Assembly: GCA_013265495.1 (NCBI GenBank)
Contig: MU057989.1
Span: 449,513-513,512, forward strand
Direction: 5' to 3'
From: Vicugna vicugna
Taxonomy: Eukaryota
Length of the DNA: 64,000 bases
Both the position numbers and the translations under genes were made by a program. The notes under the pieces are model-generated. The model was not told the DNA's origin and did no database searches. It was given only the letters and a program-made list of their open reading frames with translations. Below, piece after piece: positions 12,554 to 25,479 of the stretch (position 1 is the first letter of the stretch; each line of letters opens with the position of its first letter).

Positions 12554-13063
12554 TTTTATACTTTTTATTGAAGTATAGTCAGTTTATAATGTGTCAATTT
12601 CTAGTGTACAGTGCAATGCTTCAGTCATACTTGAATATATGTATATTCGTTTTCATATTCCTTTTCATCATAAGCTACTACAAGATATCGAATATCATTC
12701 CCTGTGTTATAGAATATACTTGTTTATCTACTTTATATGTACCAGTCAGTATCTGCAAATTTCAAACTCCCAATTTATCCCTTCCCATCCCTTTCCCCCC
12801 TGGTAGCCATAAATTTGTTTTCTATGTCTGTGAGTCTGTTTCTGTTTTATAAATAAGTTCATTTGTCTTTTTTTTTAGATTCCACATATGAGTGATATCA
12901 TATGGTATTTTTCTTTCTCTTTCTGGCTTACTTCATTCTCCAGGGCTATCCTTTTGGCTGCAAATGGCATACTTTTATTATTTTTATGGCTGAGTACTGT
13001 TCCACTGTATAAATATACCACAACTTCTTTATCCAGTCATCCGAACATTTAGGTTGTTTCCAT
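12554..13063 (-). mobile_element. Younger lineage-specific L1 3' end, copy A-specific
   Basis: Poly-T, then ttattgaagtatagtcagtttataatgtgtcaatttctagtgtacag. TSD ccattggatattttctt at 12537-12553 and 13064-13080. Empty site at ~60117 in copy B. Confidence 0.9.
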
Positions 13064-13554
13064 CCATTGGATATTTTCTTGAATTAGTTTTCTTTTCAAT
13101 ATTAGATTTTTGAGATTTATCCGTGTTTAATCTTGTAGTTCTAGTTCTTTCATTTTAACTACTGTACAAAATACAGATGATATGGCAAAATAAAGTAGAC
13201 ACAATAGAAATAAATAAAATTACAAACTTTCAAAGTATCAGTAAACTTGAAAATCTAGGCCAGTAACTACTATATGTATCAATATTAGCCTTTTGAATAT
13301 GAGTACGTATTAAGTTTTTGCTGCTTTTATTTTACTTAAGTGTTTTGGCATGTGTAGGGCACACGACTTTTCTAAAAAAATTTTAGATCTCTAGATCAAG
13401 AGGAACCACATTCAGTCCTGATGTTGACAATTACAGGATCTTGACTTTGAGCCTCTTACAGGATTAGATGAGAGTTTGGGGATGTCTTAAGGGAATGGAA
13501 GGGTGTATCTTCTATAGAACGTAAGTGGATATTTGTGAGCAGGAGAGAAACTAT

Positions 13555-13930
13555 CCTGGTAGGTTTTATTTTGTCGATAATTCTCCATTCCTCTCTCACC
13601 TTGTCATGGTTTGTTTGATGGCAGAAACTTCCCGAGCACCTTCACAGTGGGCTTGACCTAGTGACTTGTTTTAGCCAGTGCACTAAATGCAGAGATGACA
13701 TTGTTCCAGTTCTGAGCTGGGGCCTTTAGAAACATTATGTATGTCTTCTCACCCTGTTGCACTTCTGCTTCTAGTCCAGGATGCAAGACATGTGGACAGT
13801 TCTGATAACCTGCAGTCTGAGGCAGAGCTAACTCAGGTGACTTGCAGACCTGTGAGAAAAATAAATATGTGTGATCATAAGCCACTGAGATTTGGGGATG
13901 TTTTCTCATGCAGCTGTAGAACAAAATCCT
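13555..13930 (+). mobile_element. MaLR (MLT1-type) LTR; paralog at ~60600-60970
   Basis: 3' motif gaaaaataaatatgtgtgatcataagccactgagatttgggg. Confidence 0.55.
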
Positions 13931-13934
13931 ATCA

Positions 13935-15660
13935 AAGAAAGAAAAAGTCTCATTGTATAAGTCTAATATAACCATGATCCAAGCAAGTGCCATATAAGGA
14001 GAATGCAGAACAAATTTCACTTCATTCATGAGCATGTAGGCAAAAATCGTATATTAAAGAATTAGCTAACAAAATATAACATGTATTATAACATAATCCA
14101 TTGCGTTTAAGTGCACCTTGTCCCAGGAATTCATGGAGGTTTAAAATCAGAAAATCTTTCAATATAACTTACCCCATTAATGGACTAAATGGGAAATACC
14201 ATATGATGATATCTTTACACAGAGAAAGCTTTTTGATAAATTTCATGAACTAGTTATGAGTTTAAAATTTTTTCAGACTACAAGGAAAAAAGGAAAGATT
14301 CTTCCCTACAAATACTAAACTCCTACAAAGTATAGTAAGCTCATGATTAATGAGAGACTTTAATTTTCCTTTCCTTCCTTTAGAAAATACACAAAAACCT
14401 CTACTCTCCTACATATTACTGGAGATTCTGACTATTGCAAGTAGGTAGGAAAATAACAGTTGAAAGATTGGAAGGTAAGATACAAACTTGTATTTGTTTG
14501 TAGATATTATTATGACTGACATTTTAAAAAATCCAAAAGATTCCCCAGCCCTGGAAGCCCACGATGGTGCCAAACATGCTGTGCTGTCTGCACCAGCTGC
14601 TCAAACCTCAGCTCCACGTCTTTCACACCAACTTCTTCATTCTGCTGGTGGGGCCCGGCCTAGCCTGAGGACACTGTGCAGTTCCGTATCCCCACGGAGG
14701 CAACCAGAGTGGACCTCAGGAGTTATTTTCAGCACATTTCCCACATGCCTGTGGCCACAGTGCAGGCAAGAATACAGCACAGTTCCAGCATGAAGAAGAA
14801 TTACAGAAATGTCAGGAAGAAAAAACCAAGATGGCTTATGTACAGCTCGTGCATGGACAGACCTTCACATTCCCAGATCTGTTCCCTGTGAAAAAGAGCC
14901 CCAAAGGCAGTTCTGAGGACAAGACATACGGGACCAGCTCCTGGAGGGCCAGTGGTGTAGTCAGAGTTACAACCCCAGTGTGGGGGCATCCCTACTGGTT
15001 TGGCCTTTGAAGGTTAGCTGTGATTTATGACAGTTTGAGTAAAAGTCTGCTTGTGCTGGAAAAAAATCCAACAGTTTTAACATGTGAATTACTCAGACTA
15101 AAAAAAATATTTAGGAACAAGATCAACTTACAAATCAATAGGTTCCATTCCACCATATCGACTAGAAAATATAACAAAATAAGATACTATTAACAATAAC
15201 AAACAAACAATTCAACCAGAATTAAAACGTCTAGGAATTAACATGAGAAAAAAGACACAAAACATTTAAAGGGAAAATTTGAACCCTGCTAAGTTATATA
15301 AAAGAAAGCTTAAATAAGTATAGTGATGTAACATATCCTCCAATGTGACAATTTCACATGTAAAGTATCAATTCTTACTCCCCAACTTATCTGTAAATGC
15401 AGTGAATTGTAATAAAAATGTTAGCAGTATTTTTCAAGGAATGCTATAAACATTCTACAGTTATTAACAGAGAGAAAAAATTCTACAAAAAGCCAGGTCA
15501 GTTTTGAAAAAGATGAGGAAAGAGCAGGAACAGTTGCTCTACCTTATTCTGAGACATACTACAAATCCATAGTAGTAAAAACAGAATGCACTTGTGTAAC
15601 ATCAGACAGGGAAACAATGGAGATGAATAGAGAGCCCACTACCAGAAGAATGAATCCACA
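13935..15660 (+). mobile_element. Ancient L1 ORF2 (RT region) fragment hosting the MRPL23 retrocopy; paralog at ~60975-62755
   Basis: Decayed LFADD-like region (ttgtttgtagatattattatgact; tttgcagatattattatgact in copy B), continuing into a KINLQ-like sequence (caagatcaacttacaaatca) after the retrocopy. Confidence 0.7.
14564..15010 (+). pseudogene. MRPL23: Processed pseudogene of mitochondrial ribosomal protein L23, copy A
   Basis: Intronless. Translates piecewise to [56 protein letters not shown]. Frameshifts present; A-tail ~15060; TSD aaaaatccaaaagatt / aaaaatccaacagtt. Confidence 0.92.
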
Positions 15661-16535
15661 CCAGGTTACATTACAGTAAAATTTCAAAAGCCAAAGGAAG
15701 AGAGGAATCTTAAAAACTGCAAGAAGAAACAGACTCATCATGTGCAAATTAACCTCAATAAAATCAATAGCCTTTTCCTCATCAGAATCCATGGAGGCAA
15801 GAAGAAAGGGGATAATATAGTTTAAATTCTGAAAGGAAAAAAAATAACTGTCAACTAAGAATGCTATACCTATCAAAACTATCCTTCAAAATGAAGGAGA
15901 AATTAAGACATTCTCATAAAAACAAAAGCTGAGGGAGTTTGTAGCTAATAGAACTGTCCTATAAGAAATGCTAATGGCAGTCCTCCAGGCTGAAAGGAGT
16001 GGACACCAACAGTAACTCAAAGCCGTAAAGATAACTATGTAAGTAAATATAAAAGCCAATATTGTTGTATTTTTTGTAATTCTTTTTGTATGATTTAAAT
16101 GACAAATGCATAAAACAATGATTATAAATCTATGCTAATGGGCACACGGTTATAAAGATGTAACTTGTAACAATAACATAAAGGATGAAAAACTTATGTA
16201 GGAGTGAAGTTTTAAGTACTATTGAAACTAATTTGGTGTGAATTCAAACAAGATTTTATTAAATTAAGATATATTATAATTCACATTTTATCTACTAACT
16301 AAAAAATATGTAGTTAAATGATAAGGGAATCAAAATAGTACACTAGGAAAATCAAATACTTAAAAAGATGGTAATGGAGGAAGGAAAAATAGATTTTATA
16401 TGTAGAAAACATAGCACAATGGTAGAAGTAAGTTCCTCACTATCAGTAATTATAAAAATGTGAGTGTAAGTCTCCAATGAAAAGGCAGAGATAGATTTTA
16501 AAAACAGGATTTAACTTATGTTGTCTACAGGAAAC
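15660..16535 (+). mobile_element. L1M fragment (ORF1 3' half, inter-ORF region, ORF2 start); paralog at ~62755-63665
   Basis: ORF1-like aaaactatccttcaaaatgaaggagaaattaagacattc and endonuclease-start-like tgtctacaggaaactc. Confidence 0.8.
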
Positions 16536-16539
16536 TCTA

Positions 16540-17001
16540 TTGAAATATTTTTGGCTTACACTGTTGTATTAATTTTTGGTGTACAGCCTAGTGATATATA
16601 TATTTATACACACACACACACTTTTTCATATTCTTTTTCATTATAGGCTATGACAAGGTATTGAATATAGTTCCCTGTGCTATACAGTAGGACCTTGCTG
16701 TTTATGCATTTTGTATATAGTATTTAGTATCTGCAAATCCCAAACTCCCAGTTTATCCCTCCACCCTACTTTCCCCCTTGGTAACCACAATTTTGTTTTC
16801 TATGTCTGTGAGTCTGTTTCTCTTTTCTAAATAAGTTCATTTGCCTCATTTTTTTTTGCTGTCCACATGTAATGATATCATACAGTATTTTTCTTTCTGT
16901 TTCTGTCTTCACTTAGTATGACAATCTCCAGATCTATCCATGTTAATGCAAATGGCATTATTTTTTCTTTTTAATGGCTGAGTAGTATTCCATCACACAC
17001 A

Positions 17002-17033
<32 letters not shown>

Positions 17034-17468
17034 TACACATACCACATCTTCTTTATTCAGTCATTTGGTTGGTTGGATAAAGAAGATGGACATTTAGGTT
17101 GATACCATGTCTTGGCTATTGTAAATAGTACTGCTATAAACATTGGGGTGCATGTATCTTTTCAAATTAGAATTTTCTCCAAATACATGCCCAGAAATGG
17201 GATTGCTGCATTGTACGGTACATCTATTTTTTAGTTTTTAAGAAAATCTCCATACTATTTTCTATAATGGCTGTACCAAACTACATTCCCACCAACAGTA
17301 TAGGAGGGTTCCCTTTCTCTACACCCCCTCCAGCTTTTATTGCTTGTGGACTTTAAAATTATGGCCATTCTGATTGGTGTGAGGTGATACTTCCTTGTAG
17401 TTTTGGTTTGCATCTCTCTAGTATTTAGTGAAATTGAGAATTTTTTGATGTGCCTGTTGGCCATTTGC
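16540..17468 (-). mobile_element. Younger L1 3' end with (CA)n at ~16994-17043; a matching insertion starts at 63667 in copy B
   Basis: Antisense L1 3'UTR and ORF2 C-terminus (ORF 17255-17500). Imperfect TSD aggaaactctatt / aggagactccatt. Confidence 0.85.
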
Positions 17469-17514
17469 ATGTAGGAGACTCCATTTAGATCCAAAGACAC
17501 AAATAAGTTGAATG

Positions 17515-18525
17515 GAAGAAAATATTTGCAAATTATATGATCAATAAGAAGTTAATGTCCAAAATATATAAACAGCTCATATAACTCACTTCAAAAAAAA
17601 ACTTGATTTAAAAATGGGCAGAAGAACCTGAATAGACATTTTTCCAAAGTAGATATACACATAGCCAACAGGCATACAAAAGATGCTCAACATTGCTATT
17701 ATCAGAGAAATGCACATGCAAAACACAGCGAGATACCACCTCACACCTGGCAGAATGTCCATTATCAAAACATCTACAAAACCAAATTTTGGCGAGGATC
17801 TGAAGAAAAGAGAATACTCATGCACTGTTGGTGGAAATGTAAATTGGTGCAGCCACTGTGGAGAACAGTATGGGGATTCCTCAAAAAACTAAAAATAGAC
17901 CTACCATATGATCCAGAAATTCCACTCCTACATATATATCCTAAGAAAACAAAAATTATAATTTAAAAAGATACCTGCACCCTAATGTTCATAGCAGTAT
18001 TACTTCCAATAGCCAAGATATAGAAGCAATCTAAATGTCCATCAACAGATGAGTGGATACAGAAAATGTGTTTTATACATACAGTGCAATACTACTACGC
18101 CATAAAATAAAATGAAATTCTGCCATTTGCACCATCGTGGATGGACCTAGAGGGTATTATGCTTAGTGAAGTAAGTCAGACAGAGACAGACAAATACTCT
18201 ATGTTATCACTCAGATGTGGAATCTAAAAAAGTAAAACAAATGAATATGTCAAAACAGAAGCCAACTCACAGGTGTAGAGAAAAAAGTAGTGGTTCCCAG
18301 TGGGAAGAAGGAAGGGGGAGGGGCAAGGGAGGGGTAGGAGATTAAGAGATACAAACTACTATGTATAAAATAAACAAGCAACAAGCATATGTTATACACC
18401 ACAGGAATATAGCCATCATTTTGTAATAACTTTAAATGCAGTATAAGCTACAAAAAATATTGAATCACTATGTTGGAGACCTGAAACTAACATAAGATTG
18501 TAATTCAATTACACTTCAAAAACAT
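17515..18525 (+). mobile_element. L1 (L1MA-like) ORF2 C-terminus and 3'UTR
   Basis: ORF 17683-17892 (RYHLTPGRMSIIK...[12 protein letters not shown]) followed by a typical 3'UTR. Confidence 0.85.
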
Positions 18526-20914
18526 TTTTACTCTGTGGAAAATGCTCTGTTTATGCCTAGTGAGGAAAAAAAAACAATTCAACACTAAGCAAGTCATTTT
18601 ATCCTCATTTTATGCTTGGTTTATTCATCTACCACCTACCACAGAAAGCACTTTAAGAACTAAGCTATATTATGTGAAATACCATGAAAAGAATAAAATT
18701 ATATAACAAGTAATTGTTCAACAAATTCAGTTATTCTTATTGCTATTTCAATTAGGAATCTGTGTTTGGGGACTGAGTTCAGGTAACAGAACCAGTCAGT
18801 TCTTCAGGGACAGCCTTTTTCCTGCATTCGGGCCAGGCAGGTGCTTTGTGCTAATTGCCTGCAGGGCACACCCCACTCTCCCTCGTTGGACTTTGCAGAA
18901 TTAGCCAGAGCGAGCCAGGTTTCCAGATGGCAGGGCCACACCAAAGTTAAAAGCCTGCGGTGCCAGCTGGTGGGCAGGGGAGCAGCCTCGCAGCGCAGCC
19001 TCCGTCCTAATTCCACACTATCTCCTACTTGATTCGCCAGCTTCGGTGACAGCGTGACAGATTCAGGGGAATCCTGAAACCAAAGGTATATCTCCATAGA
19101 CAATCTGTAGACTTTATGAATGGAGAATCCAGGGTATAGGAAAGAAAGGCAAAGAGGGAAAAAGACGGAGAAGGAAAGAGCAGGTATGTGGATCAGAGAG
19201 CAAAGAGGGAGATTGTGAAATGGCTTTTTAGAGGCTCTGATTCTGGATTCTTCCTTCCTGGAAAAGATTGGAGGTTACCTGGTATTTGGGCCCCAAACCA
19301 CATGTGTGACCTTCTCTATCACCTAAGACAAGAGATGGAAGGAAGAATATTTAAACTGCACAAAGGAATTGTAAAACTACAAATTAAGAACAAAAGTCAT
19401 CTCTAGAACGGTCCAGGAGAGAAGCTGGAAAAGTCTTACCTGCCCCCCTGCCAAAAAAAAGTGTCTTTGGTGGACACATCCATGTCCTAGGAACAGAATC
19501 CTCCAGCAGAAAAGGGTCATAGAAGACTTAGATACAGCCCAGTGCCCTTTGTCAGGCAAAGGTCTAAACACAAAATCTCTAATCCCTTTTTTGTCTTGCC
19601 AAGGAATTTACCCATATTTTATCATGCCGAAATCTCAAAATGTCTAATTGCAATTTCTCTTGCTTTTAATTTAAGCCTGTTTTTGCTTTCCCTAGATAAG
19701 AGGGCACCTGCTCTGCACCCAGGCATATTTAAAAGCTCATCATATAGTAAAGACATTACTGGAAGTAAAAATCCTCTCTTGAATTTCTTTTTCTTAAACA
19801 AGCTAACATCTTAGCCATTCTCCATAGAACCTATTTCCTCCTATTCTCCCTTCTGTAAAAGTCTGCATAATCTCCATGTTCTACTTAAAATGTCAGGCAA
19901 TCAGATAAGATCGTCCAGTAAGGAACTGCCTAGTGAGACAGCTTACTTCCTGGCCCTCGCCTTAGCAGTCCTCTGTCCGTTTTTCCCTTTGGAGACCCAT
20001 TGCCATATGCCTTCAGCTTGCACAAAAATGGACCCTGGAGAGTTACTCCTGGAACACTATGCTCATCCAGCCTTTTCCAGTCTGAGTTTGTGGTGGTGAA
20101 TTTTTATACATATTTGATATACTGCCATGCATTTAGCCGCCTTTTAATTTTGCAAGGTCCTGTGCTCATTAGAACTGCCACCTGAGCTAGACTATAGTCC
20201 ATTCGGCCACTACTCTTTTCCCAACAGTAGCATCAGAAGTCAATTTTAGGGAAGCTTGGTTGCATTCCCTGATGCGGACATGAAATGTAGAGTCCCCTCC
20301 AGACAGTGTAGATTCCCTTCATTTCCCTTTTTAACTCTGTTTCTTCCATTTCAATTTGCTTTTTTAAACTCTGATGCCTCTTAGTAATAATTTCCAAAGG
20401 CTGACTATGAACTATGTTATGATTTTTATTTTGTGGGCACATCCATATTGGTCCTATATTTACTTCTTTTAAGATTCAAACTCCCCTACCTCTAATTCTT
20501 GAATTCTAAGATTTGGGATAGAATTCCTGTTCACTCATCAAATACCTTAAATTTTTCTGATTGGAGAGGTTTTGATTGTGTTGTATTCCATCTTAGACCT
20601 CATCCTTCAAGACAAAGTTTGTTCATTGTGTAGTTCTTGCCTGCTATACTGCCCCAGTGTTATCCTACCCGGAAAAACCGTATCTCCAGTTCTTTCCAAG
20701 TCCTCATGAAAAGATTAACTTAGAACTTAAATCCAAGAAAGGCACAAACTTAGCTTCAGGAAAATCACTATCAGCCATATCCCCAAAAAAAGAAATATTT
20801 ATAAATAAAACATATAAAAACTTCTCTGCCATAATCAGGAATTCAGGATTAAGTTTGTGTATTTATTTTTATTTTTTAATGATTCCCTTTCCCTTTATTG
20901 CTCAGGGTAATATT

Positions 20915-21058
20915 TTAGGTTTTTGTTTGTTTTATTTTGGTGGGGAGAGGTAATTAGGTTTATTTATTTATTTATTCTTAGAGGAGATAATGGGGATTGA
21001 ACCCAGAACCTCATGGATGCTAAGCATGTACTCTACCACCTGAGCTACACCCTCCCCC
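20915..21058 (-). mobile_element. tRNA-derived camelid-type SINE
   Basis: Reverse complement of gggggagggtgtagctcaggtggtagag...gggttcaatcccc...aaacctaattacctc with an A-rich tail. Confidence 0.9.
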
Positions 21059-23434
21059 TCCAGACTAATATTAAAGCAAGGCTTGAATTCTGAGAACTTA
21101 TACCCACACATGGGGAGGGCTGACAGTTCAGGAGCAGTTTCTGTGATAGGAGAAAGCCAACTCTGAATTCCAGATTTGCTGTGGCTGTGCCACAGTGGCC
21201 AATGGAGAATTGTGAAATTTAAGGGAGGAATGGGTGGTAAACTGGGCACAGATGGGCACTTACAACATCCAGGATTCTCTTTAAGAAGCAGCAAGTCTTG
21301 ACATCTTTTCTCAGTATCCTGCAAGTTCAAACCAAATTTACAGGCAGGCTGGGATGGGAACCATCTGTATATCACATGAGTGATTCCTAAAAATCTTTCT
21401 GTACCCAAGCAAACTCCATCATGGTGCTCCTAAATTGCATCATATATGGCTCATCCTCTGAGTTCAGTAGTCTCCTGTCTAGGCTCCTCTTAAAATGCAG
21501 ACATTTAACATTCCAGGTTACAAGAGAACTAGGAACTAAGTAGAGAGGCCCCTTTCAGGAAGAAAAATAGCCTGAGTAGCAGTCAAGTTGCTGAATTCAA
21601 ACTTGAAGTGACAGTCATGTTTGCTTGGGTTGTTGGCCAGACTCAAGCCAAGCATCTAGCTGGTGTGATATTTCCTCCTGAATTGTCTGAGTGGCTGGGG
21701 TCAACCGCTTCCTGCTGTAGGTATATCTTTCCTTTTTCCATGTTGCCTGGCTTATTCCTGGGCTAAAAACTACTTGGTATGCATAGAGTGGAGAATGAAG
21801 GAAATTTTAGCATCACTGAGCAGCCACAAGACCAGACAACTCATGGAAGAAGATGGGCCATGTCTGTCTGAGTTTCTTTCCCTTAGAGGGATACCAGAGG
21901 ATAAACACTTCTGGTAGGAGGAGGTGGTGAGATGGGTATCAGGAACTTTGGAAGGGGGAAAGCCAAAGCTATCAGAGTGGTAACTTAGTTCCTCAGCTCC
22001 CTTAAGTCCTAAATGAAAGAATATGTAGTCACTTCTTAAGTTTTAGGCAGAGGTATGAAGGAGGGTGGGGAAATGCTCTGAAATCCTTATCATCCCAAAT
22101 TCAATAGGGCCACATTGCTGACCTAACGAGATGGATCATTAAAAGAGATTTCCTGCCTGACCTCTGGGTGGAATCTAGCATCAGGTTTTCCAGTATTTTT
22201 GCTACTTACTGATGAAGGGGACAGTTCTCAGGGTCTTTAGCCATGAGGTGTAACCAGGTTGTCCCTGTCTGGAGCACCGGAACCAGATAAGCACAACTGC
22301 ACGCTTCCCTTGAGTAGTGTCCCCATCAAGCCTGCTCTTTGTGTGTGGCGGCCAGGGTTCCTATGGGTCAGGTCATGGTCCAGAGAAAGAGGCAGAGCAT
22401 TTATCCCCAGTCTTCAGTGTCCAGATGAGGACAGCTGACCCAAGACAATTTTTGTATTCTTCTCAGATCCTTTCATTTATTAGTCAAAGAAGGTGGAAGG
22501 GCTTTGGTTTATGGTCTTCAGAAAAGCCTAGGTCTTGCCCAGTGAAAGGAGATGGTAATTGGCCCATTATTAACAAGAGCTACCTTTTGTTCATGCGATG
22601 TTAAGAATTATTCCTTGGTTTAGAAGTGGGAATAGTGGTCACGTACCATGAAAATTGGGGGGAATCTCCTCTGAAGTTTTCTATTTTCCTTTACTAATTA
22701 TGGGTATCCTATAGCTGATTTAACTCCTTTGAAGTAGGTGATTTTACTCTTTTAGGTAAACCCTATTTATGTCTTTGGCCTGTTTGACCTACACTTACTT
22801 GGGCTTAAGTGAAGTCTTGTTTTTTTCTATATTCACCTCTTTTTAACTCACATCTTTGTGTCTTCTATATTTGTTGAATAAGTCAATATTCATGCTTTCC
22901 ATTCTTTTCGTTATTTTATAGACTCATCATGTTCTCCCTCAGGCTTCATCTTTCTAAACCAGGAGTTATCACTTGGGTGGAAAGGATACTGAAGAGAAGG
23001 GGAGAAATTTATCAGAAGCTTCTGGGAAGCTTCCTCCTTCCCTGAGTATACCACAAGCTTGGCTGGGGAAATGTGTATTTTGAGACTTTCCACATTTAAT
23101 TCTAATAGTCGATTCCCACTAGCCTGTTAGAACCACTGTATTGAACTGAGGAGCCCTAATCTCTTTGTTCTTCATAAGGACCTTCCTTCATTTCTGTGAT
23201 AAGTCACATTTGATACTTAGAGGGAATAAAGTTTCCATTCATATTGGGACTGCCAGTGTTTGGGGATTGCAATGAAAGCTTGCAATCATAAAATTTAATT
23301 GGTACTTAACTGTGAAGCCCAGAGACTACCAGACACACCCTGATGCAGATCAGCTTTATCCAGTAGCATCTTCACTTGCTTTACTCCTGGTTTTCCCTGG
23401 ACAGATTTCCTCTAGTGACTGAAGGAAACCAGAG

Positions 23435-24374
23435 ATGGAAAGGGCCAACAGCAGATCCCTAGGGGACTTCTTTCTGCTGGGTGTGTCTGAGAGATGGATC
23501 AGCTGGAGATGATCTTTTTTGTCATCATCCTCTTCTCCTACTTGCTGACCCTAGTTGGGAACTCAACCATCATCCTGCTTTCCAGCCTGGATGTCCAGCT
23601 CCACACACCCATGTACTTCTTCCTCAGCAACCTCTCCTCCCTGGACCTTGCCTTTACTACTAGCTCCGTCCCCCAGATGCTAATCAACTTATGGGGATCA
23701 GACAAGACCATCAGCTATGGTGGCTGTGTGACCCAACTCTATGTTTTCCTCTGGCTAGGGGCTACTGAGTGCATCCTGCTGGTGGTGATGGCGTTTGACC
23801 GCCACGTCGCAGTGTGCCGGCCCCTGCACTATGCCACCATTGTGAACCCTCAGCTCTGCTGGCTGCTGGCTGCCATTGCCTGGTTCGGGGGCTTGGGCAA
23901 CTCTGTGATCCTGTCAACATTCACCCTGCAGCTCCCTCTGTGTGGGCACCGGCGTGTGGACAACTTCCTGTGCGAGGTGCCTGCTATGATCAAACTGGCC
24001 TGTGGAGACACAAGTCTCAATGAAGCCGTGCTCAACGGTGTCTGCACCTTCTTCATGGCCATCCCACTAAGCATCATCCTGATCTCCTACTGCTACATAG
24101 CTCAGGCAGTGCTGAAGATCCGCTCGGCCGAGGGACGGAGAAAGGCCTTTAACACGTGCCTCTCCCATCTGGTGGTGGTGCTGCTCTTCTACGGCTCAGC
24201 CATCTAAGGGTATCTGCTTCCAGCTAATCCAGCAACCAGGACCAGGGGAAATTCATTTCCCTCTTCTACTCCGTGGTCACACCCACGGTGAACCCTCTCA
24301 TCTACACGCTGAGGAACAAGGAGGTGAAGGGGGCACTGAGGAGGCTGCTGGGGAGGGGAAGGGAAATCAGCTGA
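23435..24374 (+). pseudogene. OR2C1: Olfactory receptor OR2C1-like pseudogene
   Basis: Motifs [38 protein letters not shown] and [20 protein letters not shown] closely match my recollection of OR2C1. Lesions: +2 frameshift at ~23490, TAA at 24205-24207, -1 frameshift at ~24227, and DRY changed to DRH. Splice acceptor at 23404. Confidence 0.92.
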
Positions 24375-25479
24375 AAGAAGGGAAAACTCCGTCATTTACC
24401 ACGTCTGCACCTCTGCACACTGTTTCTCATTCTCTCTCTGGACAGGTGAACATGCGGAATATTAACCCTAGTCCAAGCATGTTCTTGACAATCCTAAACT
24501 GTTGGTATATGGTTAGTATTCTTTCTCTTTTTTTAATTGAAGTGTAGTTGATTTCATGTTATATTGTTAGTGTTATTTCTAATGTTCTACACTTTACCAA
24601 AAATCCTACTGTGGACCACAAATAACAGGGCCGATTCAGATATGTACCATCAATGGCTCAGCGGTTGTTGACTTAGTACTGACTTAGCTCACTGTCTCTG
24701 CTATCCACCTGTTATTTATTACATATTTATTATGTGTAATAAATATTACATGTATACTAATGTATTTCTAGAGAATTCTGTACTCATATAGAAAGCACCT
24801 CCACTTGCAGTAAAATTTAAAAAAATGGAAAACAAAAGAAATACTAAGAATTGTAGAAGGTTCAACAAGCTTAGTAAAACAGCGATGGACAGCATTTGAA
24901 GATGCTAGTCTAGTCAGTGGATTTAAATGAGTTTAAGAGCCCATCTCATAGAGTCTGTCTAAATCCTCTACTGCTTTGTGAAGTAGCAAATTGTGCATGA
25001 ATACCTGAATCAAATGACTGAATTTTGAACCTGCCAGTGAAGGGAGTCAATCCCTTTTCTGTCTTCACAGCCTTCAGTCTCAATTCCATGGCTGTGGTTA
25101 GGAGATGCTGGAATAAAGGAGATGGTGGGAAATAGGAATTAAAAGGGACTTTGGCTGAATGACCTCATGCTCTAGTATGTGGGTCCTAAATTACAGACTA
25201 ATTTGGAATCTCCCTTACTGATTGGGTGAAAATGTCGAGTTTATTTATTGGTGATTTGACTACATCAGCTTTACTGAGTACTTACGCAGTGCTAGATGAT
25301 GATCTAAACTCTTTACATGAATCAACTCACTTAATCCTCATAGCAACATATACCATCCTCATTTTAAGATGTGGACACTGGAGCACAAGAGGAAACTTGC
25401 TCACAGCACAGTCGTTGGGCTCAGTATAAAACCAATTATTTTTGACTCTGAAGCTTGTGCTTTTCAAAATATATGTTTA

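Larger units (their letters stand above)
1..16810 (+). repeat. Segmental duplication copy A (3' UTR region of an upstream ZNF75A-type gene plus downstream flank)
   Basis: Collinear with 45680-63960. For example, 617-909 matches 46326-46618, and ORF-track peptides at 4576/4905/5159 are identical to those at 53275/53604/53858. Homology runs to the window end, so the full extent is not visible. Confidence 0.95.

Noticed and set aside
18830..19070. Small GC/CpG-enriched patch as a third promoter
   Set aside because: Short, with low CpG count and no clear motif cluster or linked exon.
23494..24207. 237-aa ORF as a functional olfactory receptor
   Set aside because: It lacks the native N-terminus and TM7; it is the segment between a frameshift and a premature stop of OR2C1.
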